Shown: positions 1 to 14,805, numbered from the stretch's first letter. The stretch: 64,000 nt of DNA from Epiperipatus broadwayi (GCA_028023455.1 JAQFVV010000011.1:5580001-5644000), one strand, 5' to 3'. Numbers and translations are program-made. The notes: a model not told the origin generated them from the sequence alone.

Positions 1-435
1 GGCAAAAAAATTGATTATTTCTATTTATTTGCAAGGTTGATTATTTTCTTCCCAATTTAGCTTAATTTTTTAAATTTATATTTTTAATACATTTTTTTGA
101 TAACATAAAAAAATATAACTAAGAATAAGTTTTTATTTATTAAAATTTAAAATAGAAAAACAATGGCTCATTACAGTTAAAAAGTGTGATTTTTTTTCCT
201 TGATGATTATTTTTTGTTTAAGTTCTTTCTAATGATGGTCTTAGACATTGTACAAATGTTAGGGAATATTTACATTTTGTTTTTTGAAAACTTCTAATGT
301 CTTATTATAGCTATATGTATGACATTTTGAGTTCATGCAGTCATGATGACGCACACACAATACTGAAAATGATCTTGGTTATTTGAGTTTGATTATTGTG
401 AAAATATTTTATTTTGGAATTTGTAGTTGGTGAAC

Positions 436-1033
436 TGTTATAGTCCTCCCTTCTCTCCTTATCTGATCGGATTAAGCATTGTTTGCCACAGGCCAATAGG
501 CTGATGTATAGATAACAACATAGCTAATGATTATTACAGGCCAATAAACAATGCTTGCTAAATCCGAAGGTTTTCAATAAGGTCATGGATCTGGGTATAA
601 ATAGTCAGCCTTTTGTGAGGATCAAGGAAGAGTGTGTCTAACCTGAACAGACTCTTTGTGTTCTCCCAGGGAAGCTCTGCTAACCTAAATAGCAGCAAGT
701 ATTCCCATTGATAGCACTATGCTATTTAGATCTACGCAGCTAGGCAAGTCCCACAGAGACCGGACGCTGCTAAGATCACTCTCGGCTCGAGGCAAGCTGT
801 CTTGTACAGCTGGAAGAGTCATAGACCCTACCCGTGAGGCAAGCCATCAGGGGTGGCTGGAAGCGGCAGGCAGAACACAGAGTTACGTTAAACTCCAAGA
901 TTCAACTTGTAATTTGTATATATTGTATTGTATATATTTGTACATAATAAATATATTAATTGTAATACTTGTTTCAGTATTATTTTACATTATTTACTGT
1001 TGGTTGGGTCTGTAAGCCAGACCAAACACAACA
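436..1033 (+). mobile_element. Solo LTR (598 bp) of an LTR retrotransposon
   Basis: Starts TGTT (436) and ends AACA (1033). Flanked by a perfect 5-bp TSD TGAAC (431-435, 1034-1038). Internal TATAAATA (596-603) and AATAAA (946-951) in U3-R-U5 order. Confidence 0.85.
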
Positions 1034-4000
1034 TGAACAATGCAGGAAAAAAACTCACTCTAGAATTCGTATGATGTTTAAGCATTAAAATTGACGGATT
1101 GGTTTGATCCATATATCTTGAGCTCTCAAATCTATTACTTTATTATAATGCTAGGCCATTCTATAATTGCTCATTTATAATTATGCAAAGCGTATATATA
1201 TATAGCTTCATTTTATAAATATAAGTTCATAAATCAAAATAAATAATTTTACTCTTTTCTGAATTATTGTAATATTTAAATAAATGTTATAGACGTTCAT
1301 ACAGAAAAAGTAGAATTTATAATATCATATTCATAGCAAGTCTACCGTTTCCGTGTGAAATAAGTTCAGTAACTAAGCTAATCCTGGTAGATCTATTGAG
1401 TTATTTTTAGTGATTATTGTAAGTATAATTGCATTTTTTTTTTAAATATCGAAGAATAGATAGATATATGTACTTCTAACATATATATATTTTTTAAAAA
1501 GTAATAAATAATTTAATCATTTTAAGTAATGAAATATTGAGAATGATTATTTTTTTCAAATAGTGTCATTACAAAACACTAAGGAAAAAAAACCCAAGCA
1601 AATAAATAATCTTATTAATTTCGTTTCAATTTGTTTCATAAAATTGATCATAGAATGATTTTTGATTGCACTGTTTTCAACATTAATTAATTTATTTATA
1701 TATTACAAATAATTTTTTTTTAAAAAAATCCTTTTCATTTAAGTAATTTTATTAATGTAAAGTATTTATTTAATCAAGTTCTTTGAAATTCAAACCACGT
1801 TTGTTAAGTATCACAACAATTCAAATACTTGAGTGCAAATTACTTCCAATCAGCATTTGGGTTGGAGCCATTATTATTCATTTCAGGTTCTCTAAGTAAC
1901 GTGATTCTATGCGAGATTTATTATTAGAATGAAATTTCGTGGATTGTGCTGACCTCTGAACAAAGTGATTAATAATATATTTATTAATTTTATTAAATAA
2001 TAATAATAAAAATTATTATTAAAAAAGACTATCAGTTTTTTATTGCTAATTTAAATTGTTATAACACTTTCGCAATTAACATAAGTTAATTATTCATTCA
2101 TTTTTCTGAGAGAATATATGCGCTTGTACTTAAACTTATTTAGATAGACTGTTATCTGATTTTAAGTTTTTACGGAAAAAAATTAGAATGATGTAAACTG
2201 AGCAAAAATGTAAATGAGGAGAAATGTTAGGTGCAACAAATATTTTTTCGTATACATAGTTTTTTTTTTTTAAAAAAGGAAATATATTCATTTCAGTTTG
2301 AATTTGGAATTAAACTTAGTTTAAAAATAAACTCTATTTTCATCACTACTGTACTTTTAAAAAATCTGCACTTTTTTCTGCTTAATATTTTAAATTTTGT
2401 TAATATTTTATAAATTGTAATTGATGTTAATTTTTCAATTTCTAGCCATCAATTGCTTCGACCGTTGATTTGTTTTGTTTTTCTTCATCTTTATCCTTCT
2501 CTATAACTTATTCAATATTTTACACTAGGACAGTGTTTACTACCTTGTTTACATCAATATGTTCTAATGCTGTTTGTGTTAAAAGTATTCTATTCAGTTT
2601 TATTCATTGATTATTGTTTCTTCATTCACAATTTTTTTCATTGTTCTCTTTTTATAAACTTAATCTTGCTTTTTTTATAAGTTTTTAACTATGCCTGGAG
2701 GTACAATGTTCTATGCATGTTAAATTTAATGTAATTCTTGATACATAAAAGAATTATTGTCTAAGTTTTGTGGATCATTTCTTAAGTCTAATAATTATAT
2801 AAATCTTGCTATTAAAATTTTAGCAGTATTAACCCCATTTGATGGTTGTTGTGATGTAATAGCTGCAACTGATTTGACATTTTTCAAGAAAATACATTTA
2901 TTTTGGATTTCTTAATTATATACATATATCTTTCATACTTTCTTCTATGAAAGATAGTTTACTTACATCTAGATTATGTATATCTAAAAAGGCTGTTATT
3001 TAATATATATATTTGAATAGATCCAGTTCTTGCAAAAAACAGATCAATAAATTGTTGAATGTAGTCTATCATTTTTCAGTCCATAACAATTTGAATTGTT
3101 TCTCTTAATTTTTGTCATATGTATTTGGAATAATTTTTTGGATTTTTTTTTTTTTTACATTTGTGAGTCATTTTGTTTTCTGTTACTTTCCAACACACCA
3201 GAAATATATATATATAGGAGCATAACAGACTTACTTTACTCATTTTGTCTTATGACAACTTTATCCTTTAAAATTTATTATTTGTCCTGGAGAAAGTTGA
3301 AAAAAAAAAGGCCCAATTCCATCCACATTCACTATATCTTTTGGTGCATAGTAGGACAGAAATCATATAACTTTTACAATCTTCTTGTGTTTCACTGTAT
3401 TCGAATAAGATCTTTTATTTTTCACTTCATCATCTTCTTTAGTAATCATTCATAAACAACTATTGTCATTTTAACTCCAGAAGAAAAACAAAGAAAATAA
3501 CAACAACAGCAGCAACAATGATATTGAAGATGAATTTTGTGATAACTGTACAAAAATTTTGCAAACTGTAAATATTTCCAATATATTACCTGCTGAATCT
3601 TTACTCTGTTTATTTGACTGCTTGCAATGCTGCTCTTTTTAACATCTCTTGCAATAGACATTTATTTTGTAACTCTCCATGATATTCTATCTTCAGCTAT
3701 ATATTCTCAATGGAAGCAATCAATAATGCATTTTTTAAAGAGTAGCTTAATAATAATCTTTATAATATAAATGAAATCTGCTTCTCTTACAAAATTCAAG
3801 CTCTAAGTTAGGATTAAATACTTTTTTTTTTTTAAAAAAAAAAAATGTTATTATTCATTCATTTCACATGCTCAATCCATCGGAGATATAGATTCTATAA
3901 TAACACATCCAGCAAGGCTGAAGAACATATTGATTGTTCTTGTGATTGTATTTTAAGAATTTTATGGAAGACTCTAAATAAAGTTTTTTAAATATTTTTA

Positions 4001-4499
4001 TGTTATTTCTATAGGTATTGAAGTCTAATCTCCATATAATGAATTGGCAAAACAGTAGCTCTGCATGCAGCTAAGTTAGTTGCAATAGTTATATTAGTAT
4101 GATGAAATAGTTTGTCTTTTAAATTATTAAATGCAGGAGCAGCACTTTGATGTATATGTTGTACCCAATATCCAAATCTCTCTTTATACTTAAAATGAAT
4201 TTTGATCTCAAGTGGGTATCTATCCTAGCTAAATATTACTGAAATTTTTTTTAAAAAAACAATTACTGTATTAATTTTTAATATATCTGGAAAAGTGTGT
4301 TCTTCTTTTATTAGTTTTCTGTTTGGCTTATTGCACTTTCAGTGCCTAACACTATAATCATAATGTACTAAGCCAAACAGAAAACTGATGAAAACTTCAT
4401 CAGGAAAATTGATATACAAATAAACAATAAATGGAAATAAAATTATCCATTAAAGTCTTGTATGGATTTCATTTAAAGTATTGAAAATATTCTGAAACT

Positions 4500-6510
4500 C
4501 TTTTAAGTTGGCAAAGTCAGCTCAGTCATTAGAATATTATAAACCTAAAGTGAAACATATCCTGTGGTGAAAGAAAGCAATTAAATCTCTCAAAGTAGAT
4601 AAATCTATAATTATTCTCTCTGCTGACAAAGGCAATGCAACAATTGTAATGGATACAACTGATTATGATATTAAAATACAAGAACTCCTCATAGTAGGCC
4701 AATACAGAAAAGTGGCAAAAAGTTGATACCAAGTACAGAAACAAAGTTAAGTTACAAGCATTACTCAGAAAGCATTGCAAGCACTTCAGTGATTCAGAAT
4801 AAAGTAAAGTATAACATCATATTTTGGCAAAATTCATCATCTTTAGGATCTACCTAAAATCCATACAGATCATGTTCCATTAAGACCTATTGTTAGTTCT
4901 TAGAAATTCACCTTACCAAAACAGCTTGCCAAAATTTGTCAAGATTTCTTCTCAAAGATCTTAGTCCTTTGGCAAACATGACCCAGTTCTTTGTCAAGGA
5001 TTGTGAACACCTTATAGAATTAATCAAGAACATGAAAATTGAAAGAACTGAGTTACTGATAAGCTTTGATGTGGAAAGTTTATTCACAAATGTACCATGT
5101 GAATAAGCATTGTCTATTGTAAAGAAAAGATTAATTGGTGATAATAGCTTACAAACCAGAACAAGTCTTCCTATTAATAGTGTAATGGAACTATTAAAAT
5201 TCTGCATAAAACAATTTACTTTCAATATAACACAGAATTCTTCTAACAAAATCAAGGAATGGCTATGGGGTCACCATTGTCATCCCTGATCAGCAATATT
5301 TACATGGAAAACTTGAAACCACTGCCATAAAAATCACTCCATATTCACCTAAAGTTTGGCTTTGCTATGTAGATGATACATTTGTTGTATGGCCACATGA
5401 TGAAGTACTACTACTACAAGATTTCTGGAAACACATCAACAATGTATTTTTTTCAATTGAACAAGAACAAAAATTGGCCTTCTTAAATGTTCTTGTGACA
5501 AGATTCCCTCATGGCAAAATCAAAACTACAGTTTACTGAAAACCTATACATATAGGAAAATACTTAGCCTATACATCCTATCACATCAGAAACACAAAAC
5601 ATAGTTATTCTATCATTATGGAACAAAGCAAAAAATGTTTGTTCAGAAACCAGTGGTTTGAAAAAAGAAAAGATCTATATAGAACAAACTCTTACAAAAA
5701 ATGATTATCCATCAGCTGTTATTAAGAAAACTTTAAATAGACATCAAAAAGAACCACCAAAAAAAGAAAACAATTATTGGCATTGTAGTTTACCCATACA
5801 TACCAAACATAGCAGACAAATTAAGGAAAATCTGAAATCGGTATGATATCAGAACAGCTTTTCAGAGCCATCCCCACTACAAAGAATTCTAACATCTACA
5901 AAGCCTAAACTTGAAATGCTGAAAAGAAAAAAACTGCATCTATGAAATACTGTGAACGTGGAATAACGTATATTTGTGATACCAATTGGCCCATTGAAAA
6001 GTGCTTGCTAGAACAAAAACTGATGATTAGAAGAGAGAAAACGTGTCTAAGGTAGCAGACCATGTATATACCAATGAACATATGTTCAATTGGGAAAATA
6101 CAAAATATTGGATAAAAAAGAAAAGGTACAAAGAAGAAAATTTAAAGGAGCTGCTTACATGACAATGGCAAAAAATCCTATAAGTCAACCTAGTATGACT
6201 ATACATAAGGTATGGAAACCACTAACTGACTTTACTCTTAGGAAAAAGTGGAGAAATCAGGCACAACTTCATAGATAAGTATATGAAATTTCTTCTGACT
6301 TATCTTTGGCTGGATGGCCCAGTTGGTTTAGAGCATTTCCTTAAAATTCAATACTCAAGAATCTAAGGGTACAGATTTGATTCCCATGCTAGTACTGCCA
6401 CTGGTCAGGCCAGTAACACCTCAAGAATAAGGCAGATGCCTCTCAAAACTTGCATATACTAAACTGTGTGCTATTAGTAACAGTTGAATGTATTTGGAAT
6501 ATTTAAATAA
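4500..6510 (+). mobile_element. Degenerate Penelope-like retroelement (RT + GIY-YIG endonuclease + 3' terminal region)
   Basis: Frameshifted plus-strand translation gives ADKGNATIVMD (~4621), LPKIH..VPLRPIVS (~4850), ISFDVESLFTNVP (~5060), QGMAMGSPLSS (~5254), YVDDTF (~5366), L.KNDYP (ORF 5658-5846), a GIY-YIG-like IYEI.C..G..YI (~5940) and C-terminal ISQPSMTIHKVWKPL (ORF 6090-6278). Many stops and frameshifts. Confidence 0.88.
6308..6453 (+). ncRNA. tRNA-like A/B-box cassette followed by a decayed hammerhead-like motif at the PLE 3' end
   Basis: A-box-like TGGCCCAGTTGG (6315-6326), B-box-like GATTTGATTCCC (6374-6385), then CCTCAAGA-ATA-AGGCA GA TGCCT-CTC-AAAAC (6419-6449), resembling CUGANGA-helix II-GAAAC with core substitutions. 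Confidence 0.45.
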
Positions 6511-7782
6511 AGTTAAATTTTTCTAAAGGCATTCAATACTTATATTAGATTCTGGAAAGGGTTCAATATATAAATATAACTAAAACACCATTATCACAAA
6601 CCTTCAGAAAAACTCTAAAAGGATGTTTTTTTCCTCTTCTTTATTTGGTTCAAGTTAAGAATGCTATCATCAGGATGGAATATTGCTTTATTAAAGTGCA
6701 TATGAACTATTGGAACTAGTTACATATTCTTATTTAACACCAGTTTTCTTTTCAAATACCTCAGATTGTCTATTTGTAATGAGAACATATCTAGATATTC
6801 CATTATGTAAAAATTGTGTAATATGAGTGCACCTTGATAAATAACCTGCTAATTTTGGACATTGTCACAAATCTTTTTTGATTAACTCATACGAATCTTG
6901 TGGCCAAATCACTAAAAGCAATGCATACATTGCATTTGTGATTCTGATATTTTTATTTTATATAACAAAACTATGCTGTCAATGCTTTTTGGTTATTCAA
7001 AATAAATTTGGTTGCCATTTTTTTATGATTGGAAATTATTCAACAATATTCTTGAATAATGGATAATAAATTGGAAAAATAGAAATATTGTTAATATCAA
7101 ATAGACAATATCACAATTAAAAAAAAATTAATAGTTTTGAACTTTCCTTGATATTTTTGCAGAATTTTCAGCTGTTTCATTTTAAAATTGCAAAGAATTA
7201 TTTACACTTCAACAAGCTGATATCTTATCCAAATCATAATGAATAGATAGAATGAATATATTATTAAAAATATATTTTTGTATCATGATCCAAAAGAGTA
7301 CCATTCATTGTTTAATAGGATTGCATAACTTTAAGTTCCTTATGTTACTTTTAGCATGTAAAAAAATATAAAATGTTTATGATCAATGAATGAAAAATTT
7401 TCTTTCCATTTTTAAATCTCTATATTATTTTTAAAGCAGTTCATAGTAAAAAATCAAGAATGTTGGTATATCATCATTTTTGAAAATACTTAGCAGAAAA
7501 TTTTTATCAAAAATATTTTATTCCTTTTTTGCCTTGTTTTATTATTTTAAAATTTTTTAAAAATTCAAAAAATCCATTTTTGAATACTTGAATACAATAC
7601 TTTTTAAATGTTTTTGTTTAACTATAAACTAAGTTTTGTTTGTATAGGATAAATTTTGTATTTAGTTTTTAACACACTTCTGTCAAATGGATTTTTTGGG
7701 AATTTTGTATGTGTTAGAAATTGATGACAATGCAATATGATGATTAAAATATATCAGGATTGTTCAGTTGTTTATTTATTAG

Positions 7783-7827
7783 AATGTTGTTGGAGAACAG
7801 AATTTCAAAGATATTGATATCAGTTCA
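7783..7827 (+). CDS. Putative internal exon of a host gene (NVVGEQNFKDIDISS, phase 0/0)
   Basis: Acceptor ttgtttatttattAG, 45-nt stop-free frame, strong donor GTAAGG. In frame with the exon at 22824. The protein is not recognised. Confidence 0.45.
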
Positions 7828-10759
7828 GTAAGGTTTCAGTGATGCATATGAGAGGGCAATATGTGTTTTATATGGTTTTATTTTTAAAATAGCTCATACT
7901 AAATTAATAACCTTAAATTAAAATAGAAATAAAAATGTCTTAATTTTTGTTTATTGTTAAAATTTATTTATTTTTTAAAAAAAAAAAAGAAAAATGTTTT
8001 TTTTTTTTATTATAAAAGTTTCTTTTTATAAACTGCTTATTTTGTAAACTAAATAATATTGTTATTGATTTTTAATGCACACAATTTTTTTTAAAATAGT
8101 AAATAGACTGTGATATTGTTTTTATTCTTCATTTTAAGTAGGAATAATTATAAAAAATATCCAAACACTAAAAAGTCAAAAATAATATATATAAAAAATA
8201 TTTTATAATTCATACTTTCATTCCATTTGCACTTGAATGACAATTTTTAAATTTTAATATGATTAATTACAAAAATATTTTATAATAAAAACTTTATTTA
8301 CTGTGCATTAAAAAGCCAAAATTAATTGCTTTCTTCAACTGCATTTGGGGTTTTTATATTTAATGGAAAACAAAAGAATTGATGACCAGAAATTAATTAA
8401 TTCAATCACTAAGTTGAAACATTTTTGTTCAAATAAGTTTAAAAAAGTTTTGATAAAGACTTTGGATTAGTTAAAAAGTAAAATACAAGATGATAAAAAG
8501 CATTGCCTTCAAATATCTAGAAGTGTATTTTGAAATTTTAAAAAGTTTTTAGTAGCAAGTTGTCAAATTAATATGTAATTTACATAGTTTATCAATGGAA
8601 AAATCATTGATGAAAGAAGAATTAAATGTTTTACTTGCTACATTATATTAAATTGTACTTTAGTAATTAAAAAAATTAAATAGTAATATATTAATGGGTA
8701 TTGCATAAAAAGTATACTAATTTAATTAAAGAAATGGATTGTAACATCAGAAAAATGAGAGCAGTGAGAGAGGCTTTGTTACACCCTACAATTTAAGGCA
8801 TCAAATCTAACAAGAAAAATGAACCAGAGAAAGAGACTATTTATATTCCTTAGCCCTGTATTCCAAATCTGTTGTGGTATAAGAATGAAAACATGACACT
8901 TTCTCTTATTAATGTCCCAAGTTTTTGAGCAATTTAAATCCATAACAGTACAAAATAAGGAAAGATTTAATTAATCTTTCATTATAAAATACCAACACAT
9001 ATGAATACTAAAATGTGTAATAGAATAAGTTGATCATATGGACTGTTTACTTTTATATTCTCTATAAATGGTATAAAGTTAAAATCTATAATAACATTAA
9101 TTGTATAATAACAAATCTATAATAATGTAAATAGGCTAGCTAGAATCAATAATGCTGTACAAATTGAATAAACTAAATCTATAATGAATAAAATGGTAAT
9201 GGCTAAGCAAGCTCTATTAATAAAATGATCCAAAATCTTTTAATGTTTAAAATTTATTAATAATATTTATATACAAGATAAATATCAACCCAATTGGATG
9301 CCAATGTTGTCTACAAAATATAACATAATGCATTTGAATATTATGACAGATGTATTAATTAGTAGTTTATAATTATATTCATTCATAAATAACCATTTTA
9401 TTATTATGTGGTAAATTTATACTATATTCAAGAATAAATCAAGTTTGTAAGCTTAATGATTATATACAATTTTATTATAATAATTTATTAAGTAGCTCTT
9501 GTACCAATGGATGTTTATAAAACATTAGTTTTCACTTTAAATCACTACTGAACTTTAATACAATAATAAAATTTATATTATTTGCTAATTAAATTTATAT
9601 ACTTATTTTTACAATGAGATTGTAAATTATGATTACTATATCATTTAACTATTAATTTGAATATGCCTCTTAACTTGAATTTAATAAATAGTAATAATTT
9701 TATTCACAAAATTAGTAATTGAACAAATAATAAATATGCTGTAGAAATTTAAGTGAATGTGCCATAGAATGTCATATTGTTTAAACTATATGCAAGTCTT
9801 AGACATTCTTTCTCAAACTGTAAGAAAATATTCATTTATCTGTTGTCTGCAATAGACAATAGGTATATATAAATCATATAAAAGAAAATATTAATTTATT
9901 TGTTTGCCTACAGAGCATTTATCAGCAAACAAAGCAAATTGTTAAATAAAATCTATTGTGATGATTTAAATTTAAAGCTAAAATTATCTATTAAAATTTT
10001 TTTTGGTTAATTTATATATTTATATGTTCACTCACACCTATATACACTAAATGAACATTTAAAACAACAGCAATAACAAACCTGTTTTATCAAATAGTAA
10101 GATACTAGCCAATGTCTATATTTAAAAGTTCCATGTTGTCTAATTACTTTCCATGATAAAAATTCACAAGGAGAATCAATGAAATTTGATATTTTAATCT
10201 ATAACAATTCCAAAGGATGTTTTCTTTTAAAAATATCCGTACTGATTATTAATCATTTCTGGCAAGATTAATTAATAAGCATTATTTATTCTTTGAAAAT
10301 GATTAATGATTATACATATTTATGACTTTTCATTTGAAGTTAAAATCTTTTGCAAATTGATATTTTTTGTTTGTATCAGATATATATATATATATATATG
10401 TATATTGACATGTAGCAAGTTAAAATTTATCAGCATTTTATAACTTTTAATTATTTCATTTGTTTAACAATTATTATTTTATCCCTGGTAAATTATTAAG
10501 TTGTTTGTTGGTACTCATCTATAGATGTACAATATATAGATTAACTCAGATATTTTAAACATTTTCATTAAATTTTCCTTCACAATGCTTAAAAATTCCA
10601 TTTAGTTAATTTCAGGTTAACTTTCAAAGTCTAAGTTGACATTGAAGCATATGTCAGTTTTCCTCTTTAGATTTCCATTATATTATAGTTCAGATAAGAT
10701 GTTAAAATATATATCACTTTTTAAAAAAAAAAAGCTTAATGCATTATTTTAATTCAACT

Positions 10760-10790
10760 GATCGAGATCGATCGATCGATCGATCGATCG

Positions 10791-10839
<49 letters not shown>

Positions 10840-10859
10840 TTGTTTGTTTGTTTGTTTGT
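10760..10859. repeat. Compound microsatellite (GATC)n-(GA)n-(TTTG)n
   Basis: Directly visible: about 7 GATC units, about 20 GA units, about 6 TTTG units. Confidence 0.97.
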
Positions 10860-13800
10860 ATATTAGTGAGGCCATTAATGTAGATTCTGTCATTAATATG
10901 TAACTCAAAGTTTACTTTTTTTATTTAAAAGATAAATATTGCACTTTAATTAGTTTATTTGAACAAAACCAGTGTTCCAAATAATATATTTTCTTTTAAT
11001 TTCAACAGAAGAACATTGTAAAAAATAAAATGAGAACAATGAATTTTAATTTCTTCTTTAAAAATAAAATAATTACTTCTGGTCTGTAAATAAATAAATA
11101 AAAATATTGTATGACTAATAAGATACTTAAAAATCTTGATCATAATTGGTCACTATGAAGTCCTAACATATAAAAGGCATAGTGATGAAAATAAAGTTAG
11201 AAAGAAAATGTGTAAAGAAAGGAATAAATTTGAATAGATTTAATTGACATGTTACATTGTTCAATTCTTTATTAATTCTAAAATTACAATAACATAACTT
11301 TTAATGTTCTTATAAATGCATGTAATTATACTTATATGTAAAAGTTCCAACTGTTAGGGAAAAGTAATGTTGACATAATCTACTTAGTGTCATGGTATTT
11401 GTATTCATATATCTATGTGTGTGCTTGTGAATGTGTGTGTACATGAACACACTTCAGTGAATTTTTAAAGTATATGGATGTACACATTTATGCATAAATA
11501 CCTACATAAATAACTACATATGATAGCTATATATAGTTTAATATGTGTGTATATACATATTGAGCCTATGCCATTTGTCACAGTCATTTTAAGAAAAATT
11601 TAACAATAGCTATTTTTAAAAAGAATGTAAATTATATTAGTCTATATTATTTTATATTAATGTTGTGAGTAAAATAGGTTTAAACTTGTTAGATAAAAAG
11701 TTTATAAAGAGATTTAGAATATTTTAAAATTGTTTTAATATAATTTAGATGATAAAAGTAATATATTGAAGTGGTATTATTTGGTCTATCATCCTGTTTT
11801 ACCTACTATGTCCCATAGTAGTATTTTTTTCCTAATTTCAAATCCATCCAAGTTCATGTACATTATTGTATTTTAAGTATATTAATGTAGATTTATGTAT
11901 ATGTGCATATATTTATATATTTGTGTACATTTAAGCATATTAAAGTCTATATGTGTGTTTCATATAACGCATATACTAAGTATAAATTATAAATTGTATA
12001 ATAAATAAAGTTGTGTAGTCATTGGTGTATGTGTGTGAGCGCACCTACATATGTATGCGAATGAAGTTGCAATGCAATAGATTTTATAAGCATTGCAATA
12101 CAATTGAATTATTTTATCTTTAAGTTTTTGTAAGATTTAAATACAAATTTAATTTTATTCGCATATAAATTTTCAATTCCACAAGCGACAAGATTACACA
12201 TATAGCGGAATGATTACAGAACTTAAAATCTCTTTTTAAAAGATCGTTTGATTCTTGGAAATTATCTCATGTCACACACACCTGGGTTAATTTGTGTGAG
12301 AGCCAAGAACATATTTTTAAAGTAAACTCTAAAATAGATTTAAGGCAAAGGAAAAGCAATCAAGCTGCACTATTTAATGAATAACTTGGATTTTGCTTTT
12401 GTCTTTTTTAAACTTAATAAAGATATGTTAAAACTTAAGATTAAAAACTGATAAACTGTAAACAACTTCATGGGTTTACAGTGTTGAGGAAAAGTATTGA
12501 TATAAAAAAAACCCAAAATTAAGCACTAAACTCCACTCTCTTAAATTATTATAACAATTTTCCACCGAAGACTATGCCTGATTTGATAATGGAAACCATC
12601 AGCTAGAAGGCAACAGATTTGCCATCTTTCTTTTTAGGAGGCCGGTCTGTGGAGAAGTTCAAGACCAATAGCCCACCATGAAGATATTGGAGACATGCCA
12701 GCCCAGCAGAGAATATTAGTGCCAAATGCCATTTAGAACATGTCAGCTAGAAGATTATTGATAAACATATCTTCCTGCAGAGCTATTAAAATTAAATATA
12801 AAATAAAATTAAACTATTAATTATCTCAAGCTAGCTATATAATTGAACGTTCATAAATTTATAACTTAAATGTTCTCTACTAAATTAATCTTTAATATAA
12901 TGTAACTTTTAATTTAATAATAATAATCTTTGTAAGAATCTTGCCTTTTTGAAGAAATATTTACAATTTAATAATCTTTTCTTAAATTATAATAACTGTT
13001 GTCAGTTATTATTATATCTGTATCTTTCTAATCTGTGGTCATGCCTATTTTACTTTATTTTTTATTTATATAAATAAGCATTTATTTTTATAGCGTCTGT
13101 ATACAATTTGTAATTACATTCCATATCGGCCTTTCAAGCCAATTGTGCAAACGCTTTGCGAGTGTTAAATAATAAATGAATACCCTCTGACCAATACAAA
13201 ATATAGAATTTATGCAGGAATAAAAAGAATCCCTCTTATTCCTATGACTTACTGTTTATTTCATTAAGTCATGATATACCATGTTTCAAAAGGGAGATTA
13301 CTAAAATTAATAATATTAGAAAAATGTTTAGAAGCTCTTGTAATGGTTTATGCTGATCTTTAGCAGACCAAAAATCTCCACATTTTGATATCTCATTTAG
13401 ATATGTTAGTTAAGCTATTATGTTTTAGCTTAGCATTAGGTTTGCATGTTAATAGATTATATTTAGTTAAGGAATTGCAAGAATGGTATTATAAAGCATA
13501 TAAGAATGAAGTAAACCCCAAATATGCTTTTTTTTCCTTAGTTTATTATCATAAACTATATAGATTTAATTTATAAACTAGATCATTTTAATTAACCCTT
13601 TTAGCATGTTTTATGTTTGCTAATCCATGAATGGGCATATATTAGTTTCACAGATCGCAATTATAGATTTAGCTCTTTAGTTATTTTAATATTTGATATT
13701 TTAGAAAGTGTTACAAATGTGTCCTTATAAAGCATATATGTGTAAAATACACGCTATATATATATTTTTTATTAAAATGGGCTTCTGGTTTTAAGGGCCA

Positions 13801-14345
13801 CTCCATTATTTTTAATTCAGACAGCTCTCTTTTAGAACTGGAACATGAGTGTCCAGAACTGTATATTAAACTGCTCCAATCATCTGATCTAAATAATTCT
13901 TATGTTTCATGATAGCAAGTCGTATGGTCCATGGGAACCGAGTATTTGGTACTGAATCCCATGAGTAATCACACATTCGGGCTGCAATCCTTATTTAGTT
14001 TATGTAGTGCTATAGTCTCTGAAGCTATGCTGAAAATTGCCAGTTCACCCTCCATAATATTATTCAGTTCAGCTTGGATCTGAACATTAGATCTAGTTTA
14101 TATAAATTGTTCTGCATAGGGAGCACATTTATTCCTCATTATTTAATACATATTTAATATTATCATTCTTAAACCACTAAACATCACATGATCACTATCT
14201 CATACTAACACAATAATTGTTATTAAACAATCCAAAACAAAGCAAAACTCTCCTCATAGTGGGGCCATTTTTTGTTAACAAAACAAACCAATGGATGCCA
14301 GAAGGGTGGGGCATAAATTCCCTATCTGGCGTCTTCCTCCTCCAC

Positions 14346-14386
14346 CCCCCCAGACTAGTTCTGGCTGTGGCCTTCATCAGTGAGGA
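14346..14386 (-). ncRNA. Hammerhead ribozyme copy 1 (core GAAA reduced to GAA; probably impaired)
   Basis: Minus strand UCCUCA CUGAUGA AGGCCACAGCCA GAAC UAGUC UGGGGG. Confidence 0.6.
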
Positions 14387-14805
14387 GCTGGATCTGAGCA
14401 CTGCCCTAGATCTTAGGATCTAATGTAACCCTCCAGCACCCACCTTTTAACTCTATTTAACTACAAAACTATGAGAATGAAATTGAAAACACTATTAATA
14501 TTTTCAATCCAAGCTCAATAGCTTATATAGTCATATGGGTCTGAACTCAATTCAGTACCCATACATTTTGGTGTCTTTGGCTCTTTAACAACCATAGCCA
14601 CCACTATCCTATTAGGCAGGATTGGTGTTAAACCACTAAACATCACATGATCACTATCTCATACTAACACAATAATTGTTATTAAACAATCCAAAACAAA
14701 GCAAAACTCTCCATATAGTAGTGCCATCTTGTGCTAACAAGAGCAATCAATGGATGCCAGAAGGCTTGTGCATAAAATCCCTATCTAGAGCCTACTCATC
14801 CAATA

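Noticed and set aside
719-1015. 98-aa ORF
   Set aside because: Lies inside the solo LTR and runs into its low-complexity U5 region. No protein motif.
2450-4300. Possible ancient integrase/transposase relic on the minus strand (FIDLFFARTG, ITSQQPSNG, YCKRC patches)
   Set aside because: Only short, ambiguous motif resemblance with many stops. Needs a translated HMM search to support.
4529-5255. Minus-strand ORFs 4529-4780 and 4908-5255
   Set aside because: Antisense shadows of the decayed PLE RT on the plus strand.
6020-6052. CTGATGA...GAAA..GTC hammerhead-like string
   Set aside because: No helix I or helix II pairing. Lies within PLE endonuclease coding sequence.
12615-12740. Acceptor-like site followed by a 32-codon frame (EAGLWRSSRP...)
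   Set aside because: No good donor and it ends in a stop. More likely a repeat remnant.
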